The notes below the pieces were generated by a model, which worked only from the letters and a program-made list of their open reading frames with translations, was not told the origin of the DNA and did not search any database. DNA of 64,000 bases from Aureliella sp. (GTDB lineage: Bacteria; Planctomycetota; Planctomycetia; Pirellulales; Pirellulaceae). The position numbers and the translations under genes are program-made. Below, piece by piece: positions 1 through 8,996 of this stretch. Every line of letters starts with the position of its first letter. The stretch's first letter is position 1. Location of the stretch: positions 2,144,001 to 2,208,000 of the forward strand of contig OY829846.1 in NCBI GenBank assembly GCA_963691875.1, in the 5' to 3' direction.

Positions 1-164
1 GTAACGCTCCGGTGCGGTAGTCGTTTAATCATCTGGTGAACAGTCTTGCTGGTGCGGCCAATTTCGCGCCTGCGAAGATTAGTTTCCATGCCATAATTTC
101 CATGCCATATACGCAATGCCCTCATTCGAGGCATTTTGACTTAATCGGTTTTTAGGAGCCTAGA

Positions 165-1808
165 ATGCGTTTTCGTCTTTTCGATTCGCGAGCATTTGCC
201 CTAGCGGCAATGATGCTCGTTGCCCCAACACTCGCCAGCATTGCCAAGGCGCAGGAGGTCGCAGTCGTTTCAATTGCGAATCTCGAACGTACGCTTGGCG
301 ATGTCTCTTATCTACTTCGGGCGAGCAATATTCCCGAGATAGGTGGTCTCGTTAGCATCATGTCGATGCAGTACACCCAAGGTATCGACCAGAAGAGACC
401 TATTGGGGCTACCGTCGAGATGGAAAATGGCATGCCCAACGCTGTTGTTTTCATGCCGATGACCGACACCGAACAGTTCTTTGGTGCGCTAGCAGGCATG
501 GGCGTTGAGCCTGACGATCTGGGCGACGGACTTTACGAGATCGACGCTGGCGGACAGATCATTTATGCCAAAGACGCCAATGGCTGGATGTTCATGGGTC
601 AGACCGAAGAGTCTGTTGCAGACACCCCTGCCAATCCCGCCGCTTTGCTTGGCAAGTTGCCAGAGACCTACGACTTGGCTGTAAAGCTCAACTTGGCGAA
701 TCTCCCGCAAGAGATGAAGGATATGGCTTTGGAGCAGATCAAGTTTGGTTTCGAGCAAAGCATGGCGATGCAGCCGGGCCTGACTGAAGAGCAAATCGAA
801 GCTAATCAAAAGGCTGGGGAAGCGTCCATCGAGCAAATGGAATCGGCTTTCAATGACACCGAGCAAATCATTCTTGGCTGGGCCATCTCGGAAGACGAGC
901 AGCGTACCTTCATGGATGGCGGTTTCCGGTTCGTAGAAGGCTCACAGTTTGCCTCTCAAGCGAATGCGGCTGCTAATGTCACATCGGACTACACCAAGTT
1001 TGTTTTGCCTGGTGCTTCCGCTATGTTCCGAGCTTCTTCCGTCATCGACGAAGCAGACCGTGAGATGGCTGTCGCGAGTTTCAAGAACTCCTTCAACCAA
1101 GCTACCGCACAACTGGATCAGGCAGACATGCCACCTGAAGCGCGTGAGCTTGTCGACGAGTTACTAGATGGCATTACAAATCTGATACTTCAAACCATCG
1201 AGAACGGCGAATTTGATGGTGCTGGCAGTGTCAGTGTTGCTGAAGGTGCCTTGCAAGTTTTGGTCGGCGGCAAGATCGGCGACGGCGAAGCTTTGGCAAA
1301 GTTGGCCAAAGAGACTGTTGCAAAGCTTCCTCCTGGCTTGCCACTGGATTTCAATTTCGATTACGAAACCTACAAAGGCATCACGCTGCACAGTGTAAGT
1401 GGCCCACCGATCCCTGACCCGAATGCCGTAGCTGTTTTGGGTGAAAACCCAAAGATCATTATCGGAACTGGACCGAAGAGTTTCTTCATTAACTTGGATC
1501 CAAACGGCGATGCGACGGTCAAGAAGTTGATCGACGCGATGTCCGACAGCCAGGGCGTGAAGGTAACTCCTTTCGAAGGCTCCGTTGCCCTCGGTGCATT
1601 GATGGAGTTTGTTCATACGATCGAGCCCGACCCAACCCTCGGAGATCTGCTCCAAACGATTGGCGAGTACTCAGATAACGACAAGATCTCGATCTCCAGC
1701 CGCTTGATCAAGAACGGCTTCCTTTACCGATTCTCCATCGATGAAGGCATCCTACAAACAATCGGTTCCGCCGCGAAGTCCGGAGTAGGCATGGGTGGCG
1801 GATTCTAG
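165..1808 (+). CDS. Conserved hypothetical exported protein (547 aa)
   Basis: Long ORF with AGGAG RBS at 154-158, an N-terminal signal peptide (…ASIAKA|QEV) and a terminator downstream; no catalytic motif recognised. Confidence 0.85.
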   Translation: MRFRLFDSRAFALAAMMLVAPTLASIAKAQEVAVVSIANLERTLGDVSYLLRASNIPEIGGLVSIMSMQYTQGIDQKRPIGATVEMENGMPNAVVFMPMTDTEQFFGALAGMGVEPDDLGDGLYEIDAGGQIIYAKDANGWMFMGQTEESVADTPANPAALLGKLPETYDLAVKLNLANLPQEMKDMALEQIKFGFEQSMAMQPGLTEEQIEANQKAGEASIEQMESAFNDTEQIILGWAISEDEQRTFMDGGFRFVEGSQFASQANAAANVTSDYTKFVLPGASAMFRASSVIDEADREMAVASFKNSFNQATAQLDQADMPPEARELVDELLDGITNLILQTIENGEFDGAGSVSVAEGALQVLVGGKIGDGEALAKLAKETVAKLPPGLPLDFNFDYETYKGITLHSVSGPPIPDPNAVAVLGENPKIIIGTGPKSFFINLDPNGDATVKKLIDAMSDSQGVKVTPFEGSVALGALMEFVHTIEPDPTLGDLLQTIGEYSDNDKISISSRLIKNGFLYRFSIDEGILQTIGSAAKSGVGMGGGF

Positions 1809-1847
1809 GAGCTATTCCTAGACTTGCCATTTGTCTGAAAAAACGAG

Positions 1848-1881
1848 AGCCGATCTTGGAGGTTTCAAGGTCGGCTTTTTT
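1848..1881 (+). terminator. Rho-independent terminator
   Basis: Stem AGCCGATCTTG / CAAGGTCGGCT (one G-U pair), followed by a T-run and preceded by an A-run. Confidence 0.75.
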
Positions 1882-2054
1882 AACGCGCTGAAATGCCATA
1901 TAACCCGGCTGAAGTCATCAAGAATTTCGGCTGGCTCCAAAGCGAAAAGCTCATTTTCGCAGCCGGGCTTCCAGTAAATCGAGTTTTGCTAGCAAGTGTT
2001 CTTACACAATTTTTTGACATTCACTCCAACGCGGCGATTCGGCAGAATCCACAC

Positions 2055-2801
2055 ATGGCTCGTATCATTTGTGTGGCAAATCAGAAAGGCGGCGTGGGTA
2101 AGACTACGACTGCCGTCAATCTCGCGGTAGCGATGGCGACTGCAGGTGAGCGTACATTGTTGATCGACCTCGATCCGCAATGCAACGCGACAAGCGGTTT
2201 GGGACTGGAGCCCTCCGAAAAACATCCGCTTCTACTAGAGAAACCGCTGCGAGAGAGTTTGCATCAGACGCGGTGGGAGAATCTTCGCCTGCTGCCTGGC
2301 AGCCGAAGTTTTATTGATGTGGATCGCCTGGAACGCAGCGATCAAAGTGAATCCACCTTGCTGAAGCAGCATTTGGATGCGGGAATGGCCTCCTTCGACT
2401 ACGTGCTGATTGATTGCCCTCCTTCGCTTGGACAGCTGACGCAAGCGGCTCTGAGTGCTAGCACTGAAGTGCTCATGCCCATTCAATGCGAGTACTACGC
2501 GATGGAAGGGCTGACTCAGATGATTCACGTCATCCGGGATGTGATGCAGCAAGGAGCTGGAAGATTGACCTTTGGCGGAATCCTCCTGACTATGTATGAT
2601 CCCAGCTTGGAGTTGACCCACGAAGTCGATCACGAAGTGCGCGATTTTTTTGGAGACATCGTATTTGATACGGTGATTCCGCGTGACGTGGCCGTCTCGG
2701 AAGCGCCCAGCCATGGTGTAAGCGTAATGGATTACGCACCGCGATCACGTGGCTGTCGGGCGTACGTAGAATTGTGCATGGAGGTACTGGAACGTGACTA
2801 A
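2055..2801 (+). CDS. parA: ParA/Soj family chromosome partitioning ATPase
   Basis: Deviant Walker A NQKGGVGKTTT, plus DLDPQCNAT, IDCPP and EAPSHG motifs; start moved to MARIICVAN (ATG 2055); overlaps parB. Confidence 0.95.
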   Translation: MARIICVANQKGGVGKTTTAVNLAVAMATAGERTLLIDLDPQCNATSGLGLEPSEKHPLLLEKPLRESLHQTRWENLRLLPGSRSFIDVDRLERSDQSESTLLKQHLDAGMASFDYVLIDCPPSLGQLTQAALSASTEVLMPIQCEYYAMEGLTQMIHVIRDVMQQGAGRLTFGGILLTMYDPSLELTHEVDHEVRDFFGDIVFDTVIPRDVAVSEAPSHGVSVMDYAPRSRGCRAYVELCMEVLERD

Positions 2802-3861
2802 GGACCGACGTCTCGGCAAGGGATTGGCCGCTCTCCTGGGAACACCTTTGGAAGAAGAGAGTGTGGGAACAACAAGTCCCGTGTCTCCTGAATCAGTTGC
2901 GAAGGAAAGTGCTTCCTCAGTGGCACCCACCGATCCCGCAACAAAGGCAACTTCCAAATCAGCAGGTAAAAAGCGTCCTGCGTCCAAGACGGTCGCCAAG
3001 GAAGTGACCGGCGCTGTGCCGTTGCGAGAGTTTGACAAGCCACAGGGCGGGGCATTAGAACTCAGCGTTTACGAGATTGACAACAATCCGTTTCAGCCGC
3101 GACGCAAGTTCAACGAAGAAGAAATCAATTCGCTTGCGGAAAGTATCCGCGAGCACCAACAGTTGCAACCAATTCTGGTGCGACGTGTTGGCGAGCGTTA
3201 CCAGCTGATTAGTGGTGAACGTCGACTGCGAGCCACCATTCACGCTGGCTTGACTACCATTCGCGCGGAGATTCGCGAGGCCGACGATCGACTGGTGGCC
3301 GAACTGGCAATAGTCGAAAACTTGCAGCGAAAAGATCTGGACGCGATCGAAAAAGCGCTTTCATTCCGGCGTTACATCGACGAGCACAAGTGCAAACAAG
3401 ATGACTTGGCGAAGCGACTCAAGATCGACCGTAGCACAATTGCAAACTTGATGCGTTTGCTGGAGTTGCCCGAAGAAATTCAGCTTGGCGTTCAAGGCGA
3501 GAAGTTAACAGCGGGGCACGCACGAGCTCTGTTGCCGTTGGGCGAAGAGGATCTGCAAATAGATTTCTCCAAGCAAATCGTCCAAGAAGGCTGGAGCGTC
3601 CGCGAAACGGAACGCCGCGTGACAGAGTATCTTGAAGCCGAAGATGGCGGACAATCGGTCGGCAATAAGAAATCACGTACCCGACCATCGCCACAGATCG
3701 CTTCGCTCGAGCAACAACTTAGACTATCACTCGGTACTAAGACTGAGATTAAGCAGAGTGCCAGTGGCAGAGGCAAGATCAGTATCAGCTTTGCCAATCC
3801 TGATGAATTTGAAAGAATCTACGCCTTGATCTGCCCAGCCAAAGAAGGTCGTGCGGCGTAG
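2794..3861 (+). CDS. parB: ParB/Spo0J chromosome partitioning protein
   Basis: LGKGLAALL N-terminus, NPFQPR, GERRLRA arginine patch, ENLQRKDL and an HTH. Confidence 0.95.
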   Translation: MTKDRRLGKGLAALLGTPLEEESVGTTSPVSPESVAKESASSVAPTDPATKATSKSAGKKRPASKTVAKEVTGAVPLREFDKPQGGALELSVYEIDNNPFQPRRKFNEEEINSLAESIREHQQLQPILVRRVGERYQLISGERRLRATIHAGLTTIRAEIREADDRLVAELAIVENLQRKDLDAIEKALSFRRYIDEHKCKQDDLAKRLKIDRSTIANLMRLLELPEEIQLGVQGEKLTAGHARALLPLGEEDLQIDFSKQIVQEGWSVRETERRVTEYLEAEDGGQSVGNKKSRTRPSPQIASLEQQLRLSLGTKTEIKQSASGRGKISISFANPDEFERIYALICPAKEGRAA

Positions 3862-3882
3862 TCGTTTGCCTGTTGAAAAGCC

Positions 3883-3920
3883 GAACGGATCTGGCAAGAG
3901 CAGCCGTTCCTAGGTTTTTT
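3883..3920 (+). terminator. Possible terminator after parB
   Basis: GAACGG…CCGTTC inverted repeat followed closely by T6. Confidence 0.35.
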
Positions 3921-4036
3921 ATAACGCGTTCCCGCTACCGTTTTGACGACTTCCTTTGCCTTGAAATCCACATTTCACTTGGAGCCTCATCATCGCAGAC
4001 TGTGCATCGGCCAAGCTGCAGTGTAGGTGGCCTCCT

Positions 4037-5632
4037 ATGATTCATCCGAATGCGACAGGGGTTCTCGTAGTCGTTGTCGCATGCGTTGGATTCGCGACGA
4101 ATGCGTTTGCCCAGCCAGCGAGCATCTCTACTCTCCCCCCCGTCCTGCAAGGCGGATACGGTGGCGGCTACCAGCTGCCAAGCGCCCCGTTTCCGGCACA
4201 ACCACTGTTGCTTCCCGGTGCTCAGACTGGACCAGCTACCTCACTAGGCTTATCCTCCCCGGGCTTCCTGCCCCTCGGAACCCCTGCTCCGCTACTCGGC
4301 CAGCCAGCCACTGGGGCCATTCCGGGCTCAACTGCCGTAAATCCGAATCCCGTGCCGACGGCTCCCAATCCTGCAGTGGTTGCACCTCAGACTTTGCCTC
4401 GTACCGCTGCTCCTGCGATACCTCAGGGCGTGTACCCTCATGCTCTTGCGCCAACAGCAATGAGTCCTTGGGTTCTGCCAGGGGCGCAACCAAGTCAATT
4501 ACCGCCGGGAGCAGGCGCCAACTTACTTTCCCCCGTACCCAATCGCCCTCAAGTCAATCGTCCTAACGAAGTCATCGCACCGCTGGACATCTACCTAACT
4601 GAAGGGCGCACCGGGAGAGCGATTATCGGTGGTACGGTGAACAGCGATCTTGGTGTAGCGGGAAAAATCATTCTAGAGGAGCGTGATTTCAGCTTCTCCG
4701 AACTTGGACTTGGCTCCGGCTTCCTGCGTGGCGATGGGCAGCACCTTCGCGTGGAAATCATGCCTGGCAACGAGCTGCAGCGTTATGCAGTGAGCTGGAC
4801 ACAGCCGAACCTGCGGGGCTACCTGCCATACAGTCTATCCATCGGTGGATTCTATTACACGCGTGAACTCCGCGATTGGAGCGAGCAGCGAGCTGGCGGA
4901 CGCGTCAGTTTGGGCTTTAGCGACCAACGCGGTTTCTCACTGAGTTCCGAACTCCGTATGGAAGACGTCAAACTCTTCCAGCCTCGAAATATGGGCATTC
5001 CGGAATTAGACGCGGCACTTGGCAGCAACGACATGTACCGAGCAAGATTTCGCATCGCCCGCGACACGCGTGACAGCCCTTTTCTGAGTAGTGATGGTGG
5101 GCTCCTAGAACTGATCTTTGATCAGGCCTTTGGCGAACATGACTTTTCGCGTGGCTTAATCAATTGGTCTCGCTACTGGACCCTGTATCAACCCCTGGAC
5201 CCCACCTCCGGTGCACGAACACTGAATCATTCTTTGCGTGTTGGATTCACGGGATCACAGACGCCTATCTTCGAGAATTTCTACGCTGGTGGGTTTAGCA
5301 CCTTGCGAGGATTCAAGTTTCGAGGTGCAAGTCCGCGAGTTAGTGACATAGAAGTGGGTGGCGAATTCAGCTTCTTGGGCAGCTTGGAGTATGGTCTACC
5401 GATCACTGCCGACAACATGTTGCGTGGCGTCGCCTTCGTGGATTATGGGACGGTTGAACCTGACATTCAGCTGAATACGGAAGATTTCCGAGTTTCTCTC
5501 GGACTCGGACTGCGACTGTTTGTGCCGGCTCTCGGCCCAGCTCCTTTTGCCTTTGATTTTGCGTATCCTGTCACGTCGTCTCCAACTGACGAACGGCAGA
5601 TCTTCAACTTCTTCGTCGGCGCAACACGATAA
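4037..5632 (+). CDS. Omp85 (BamA/TamA) family outer-membrane protein with a Pro-rich N-terminus
   Basis: Signal peptide; RDTRDS and FYAGGFSTLRGF (VRGF-like) motifs; C-terminal amphipathic strand QIFNFFVG. Confidence 0.85.
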   Translation: MIHPNATGVLVVVVACVGFATNAFAQPASISTLPPVLQGGYGGGYQLPSAPFPAQPLLLPGAQTGPATSLGLSSPGFLPLGTPAPLLGQPATGAIPGSTAVNPNPVPTAPNPAVVAPQTLPRTAAPAIPQGVYPHALAPTAMSPWVLPGAQPSQLPPGAGANLLSPVPNRPQVNRPNEVIAPLDIYLTEGRTGRAIIGGTVNSDLGVAGKIILEERDFSFSELGLGSGFLRGDGQHLRVEIMPGNELQRYAVSWTQPNLRGYLPYSLSIGGFYYTRELRDWSEQRAGGRVSLGFSDQRGFSLSSELRMEDVKLFQPRNMGIPELDAALGSNDMYRARFRIARDTRDSPFLSSDGGLLELIFDQAFGEHDFSRGLINWSRYWTLYQPLDPTSGARTLNHSLRVGFTGSQTPIFENFYAGGFSTLRGFKFRGASPRVSDIEVGGEFSFLGSLEYGLPITADNMLRGVAFVDYGTVEPDIQLNTEDFRVSLGLGLRLFVPALGPAPFAFDFAYPVTSSPTDERQIFNFFVGATR

Positions 5633-5833
5633 ATCAGGGACGCAAAGCGGGCTGAAAATTGCTGGAGCCAGGCTTCAGCCGCTCGATCTTTGAAGTTCCA
5701 CCGTAGGTTTCATGCCCAGGCGCGCACGGCAGCTCGCCTCTTGCTTGTTGCAAATGCACTCGCTCGCGTAACGTGCATGTATTTATTCTCGTTATCGCTC
5801 GGTACTTGGTGGGCAGTTCAAGGCCTGGACGTT

Positions 5834-6730
5834 TTACGACCAGTAGTGCTCGACCGACTGTCGCAAGAACGCGAGTGACTCGGCCATCTCTTCCATGCCA
5901 TTCATCCCGTCCTCAATCGAGATCCAGCCCGAGTAGTCCTGCTCCCGGAGGATGCCGAAAATCGTAGCGTAGTCATTGAGTCCTTTTCCGGTGACTCCAT
6001 GCTGCAGAATCTCCGCGTAGCCGACACTGTCTTCGACCGCTCGCAGGTCATCGAGCGTCGCACCTTCCACCAGGAACCGATCACTGGCATGCATGCTAAC
6101 GACTCTCGGTGCAACCTCTCGTAGCAATTCCACTGGATCGTCACCCGCTACCACCGCATTGCTAGGATCATACTGGACACCAAAGTAGTCCGATTCGGGA
6201 ATCAGCTTGAGCAGGTCCAGAAAGACGTCCATCTTTTGGGCGAACTCGGGATAACGCCAGTAGCCATCTTTGTAGTGATTCTCAATACCAAGGATGACTC
6301 CAAGTTCCTCAGCCAGCAACAAGCAAGCCTGGATGCCTTCGCTGGCGAGTTCGAGACCTTGTTGCCGAGAAACCTCTGGATAGCGCTGCCCGCTCAGAAC
6401 ACGGCAGACCACTCCTTCGCCGCCAAGCAGTCTTGCGACGCGGATCATTTCTTGCTGGTAAGCGATTGCTTTCGCACGTTTGTCTGCGTCGGGGGAAGTG
6501 AAGTCGGGCGAGCAACAGAGCATGGGCATCTCAAATCCCGCTTCACGAATCGCCGATCCCACTTCTCGTAGGTAGGGTTCCTCGAGATTCAAGAAAAATC
6601 CCTCGTACATCTCGAGGCCATCGGCATCGAGTGATTTTGCCATCTCGATCCATTCGAAAACCGTCATGGATCGATCGTGTGAAATCGTATCCAAGTAGCA
6701 TTTAGGGAAGGCACTGATTTTGGGCTTCAT
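5834..6730 (-). CDS. Sugar phosphate isomerase/epimerase (xylose isomerase-like TIM barrel)
   Basis: Metal-binding motifs GIENH, YDPSN, MHASD and ISIED; start reassigned to MKPKISAFPK (6730). Confidence 0.85.
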   Translation of the reverse strand: MKPKISAFPKCYLDTISHDRSMTVFEWIEMAKSLDADGLEMYEGFFLNLEEPYLREVGSAIREAGFEMPMLCCSPDFTSPDADKRAKAIAYQQEMIRVARLLGGEGVVCRVLSGQRYPEVSRQQGLELASEGIQACLLLAEELGVILGIENHYKDGYWRYPEFAQKMDVFLDLLKLIPESDYFGVQYDPSNAVVAGDDPVELLREVAPRVVSMHASDRFLVEGATLDDLRAVEDSVGYAEILQHGVTGKGLNDYATIFGILREQDYSGWISIEDGMNGMEEMAESLAFLRQSVEHYWS

Positions 6731-6744
6731 CTTTTGACCGTTTG

Positions 6745-7083
6745 CTATGGATTCGATTTCAGCATCAACTCGACTGCTTCGCACCCCGTCATCCCAACTT
6801 CGATTCCCAACTCTTTGGCTTGCGGTGTCATTCCGACGATCGATGCATCGAGAAGGTCTTCCGGGACGCAAAGTGGTTTTTCAGGTGTTCCCTTTGCAAT
6901 CGCAATCGCCTGCCCAAACTCAGCTGGGGTTTTAAGGTCGTAGATTCCACAGCCAACGATCCCTGCTTTGGTGAGGATCGAAGTGTACTGCCCGCCACAC
7001 CAACGCTGGGCAGTTCCCAACGCCATACCGTTCTCGAACTGCATTGGCTGGCTTTTGGACTGAGGCAATTCTTCTGAGGTCAT
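6745..7083 (-). CDS. YunC/DUF1805 family protein
   Basis: Pattern GIVGCGIYD…AIAIAKG…DLLDASIVGMTPQAKELGIEVGMTG is typical of YunC. Confidence 0.8.
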   Translation of the reverse strand: MTSEELPQSKSQPMQFENGMALGTAQRWCGGQYTSILTKAGIVGCGIYDLKTPAEFGQAIAIAKGTPEKPLCVPEDLLDASIVGMTPQAKELGIEVGMTGCEAVELMLKSNP

Positions 7084-7166
7084 TTGCGGCTCCGGTGAGG
7101 TGCAAGTCATCAGTGTAAAACAAGGGCGATAAAGTTTGCAGATGGGACAAGCAGGTTAGGTGGGGA

Positions 7167-8795
7167 CTATCCACAATCTGAAAACATTTCACGAAGCTTA
7201 ACCTTGCTGACTTTTCCACTTCCAGTCAAAGGCAGTTCGGAAAGACACTCAACGCGATTTGGCATCCACCATTTTGGCGCCTTCCCCGCCAAGAACTCGA
7301 TCACAGCCTCACGAGACAACTTATCTTTCGTTTGAAGAATCATCAGTGGCCGTTCACCCCACTTTTCGTCGACGACTGCGATGACCGCAGCGAGTTCGAC
7401 CTGTGGATGTTCCAAGATCCAGCCTTCGAGCTGCGTCGAGCTGATCCATTCGCCACCGGACTTGACCAAGTCTTTCACCCGATCAACGACTTGCAGGTAG
7501 CCATGCGAGTCAATGTTGGCCAGATCGCCCGTATCAAACCAGCCGTCAGCCTCCAAGCAATCCTCGGATTCACCAAAGTAGCGATCGACAATCCAAGGTC
7601 CTCTGACCAACAAGCGCCCGCAGCTCTCGCCATCGTGGGGCAACTCCTCGTCGAGCTCATCCACAATCTTCATTTCAACGCCAAACAGCGGCAGCCCTTG
7701 TTTCACAAGTTGACCTAACTGTTCGCTGCGTGGCCAGGATTGCATGTAGCTCTTCAGTCGGCAGATTGTTCCAACGGGACTCATCTCGGTCATGCCCCAA
7801 CCATGAATGACATCGATGCCCAACTTGTCGAACCCTTCAATAGCCTGTCTTGTTGGCGGCGCACCTCCCATATTAATTTCATCTAGACAGGGTAGCTCAA
7901 CGCCTTTAGCTGTCATGTGCTCGAGCAGTCCGTCCCAGACGGATGGAACGCCGGCGGTGAAGGTGACACTCTCGTCTGCAAGTATCTGATAAAGGCCTTC
8001 ACCATCCAGCTGATTGCCAGGCAAAACCAACTTGGCACCAGCCATAGGACAGGAGTAGGCAAGGCCCCAACTGTTGGCGTGGAACATTGGAACAACCATC
8101 AGCACCGAGTCATCACACCCGATCCCCAGTGCTCCTTTGGCCATCGTGGCTCGCGCGTGCAACATGTTCGAGCCGTGTGTGTAGAGAATTCCCTTGGGCT
8201 GGCCAGTGGTCCCGGAGGTGTAGCAAAGCGATGAGGGTGTATCGAAGTCCAGGTCGGGCCATGGAAACTCTCCGAATGGATCTAACTCTGTAGCTGCTTC
8301 GGATAGTAGACTTTCACAGCAGAGTAGCTCAGCAAATTTGGATTCCGGCAAGTGCGGGGCGTCGCATAGCACGATTACTTTCTCGAGTGCTGACTTCTCT
8401 GACTTGAGAAGTGGCAGAAGGACAGACTCGAACTGCTCCCAGAGTGGTGGATCTATCAGCAGAAATCTACTTCCGGCGTGCTGCAGAATGTAATTCAATT
8501 GATCCTCGAGCAGCCGCAAATTGACGGTATGGCAAACAGCCCCCATTCCGGAAATTGCGTACCATGCTTCCCAATGCCGGTGCGTGTTCCAGGCCATACT
8601 TGCGACTCGTTCCCCTGAGACGATGCCTAGCTCTCGCAGTGCAAAAGCGAGCTGATTGACACGCGGCCACGCATCTCTGTAGCGGTAGCGATGAGTCGCC
8701 GCGGATACGACCGATTTCGAAACCACTTCGACTTCGCCATGAAAGGTAGCAGCAAATCGAATTGCGTTGATGAGGTTGTGGCTTGGTTGCTGCAT
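7167..8795 (-). CDS. Fatty-acid--CoA ligase (AlkK/DmdB-like ANL family)
   Basis: YTSGTTGQPKG, PMFHANSWG, GWGMTE, TGD, KSGGEWISS and C-terminal GKVSK motifs. Confidence 0.92.
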   Translation of the reverse strand: MQQPSHNLINAIRFAATFHGEVEVVSKSVVSAATHRYRYRDAWPRVNQLAFALRELGIVSGERVASMAWNTHRHWEAWYAISGMGAVCHTVNLRLLEDQLNYILQHAGSRFLLIDPPLWEQFESVLLPLLKSEKSALEKVIVLCDAPHLPESKFAELLCCESLLSEAATELDPFGEFPWPDLDFDTPSSLCYTSGTTGQPKGILYTHGSNMLHARATMAKGALGIGCDDSVLMVVPMFHANSWGLAYSCPMAGAKLVLPGNQLDGEGLYQILADESVTFTAGVPSVWDGLLEHMTAKGVELPCLDEINMGGAPPTRQAIEGFDKLGIDVIHGWGMTEMSPVGTICRLKSYMQSWPRSEQLGQLVKQGLPLFGVEMKIVDELDEELPHDGESCGRLLVRGPWIVDRYFGESEDCLEADGWFDTGDLANIDSHGYLQVVDRVKDLVKSGGEWISSTQLEGWILEHPQVELAAVIAVVDEKWGERPLMILQTKDKLSREAVIEFLAGKAPKWWMPNRVECLSELPLTGSGKVSKVKLREMFSDCG

Positions 8796-8996
8796 GGGGA
8801 ATGGAACTGAGACTGGCTATTCGGGTAGTTGCAGAAATGTTAAACCTGACAGTCTCGTCTGACTATGCCGCTGCTGGCGCCCCAGGTCCGTGAATTCACA
8901 ATGCAAAAGCTTCAAAGTAGGCTGTGATTCAGCTAGAATCTGTCCTGCCCGGACTCCGGGCTTCTCTGACTATCCCCTACTGATTTTTGAGCCACC

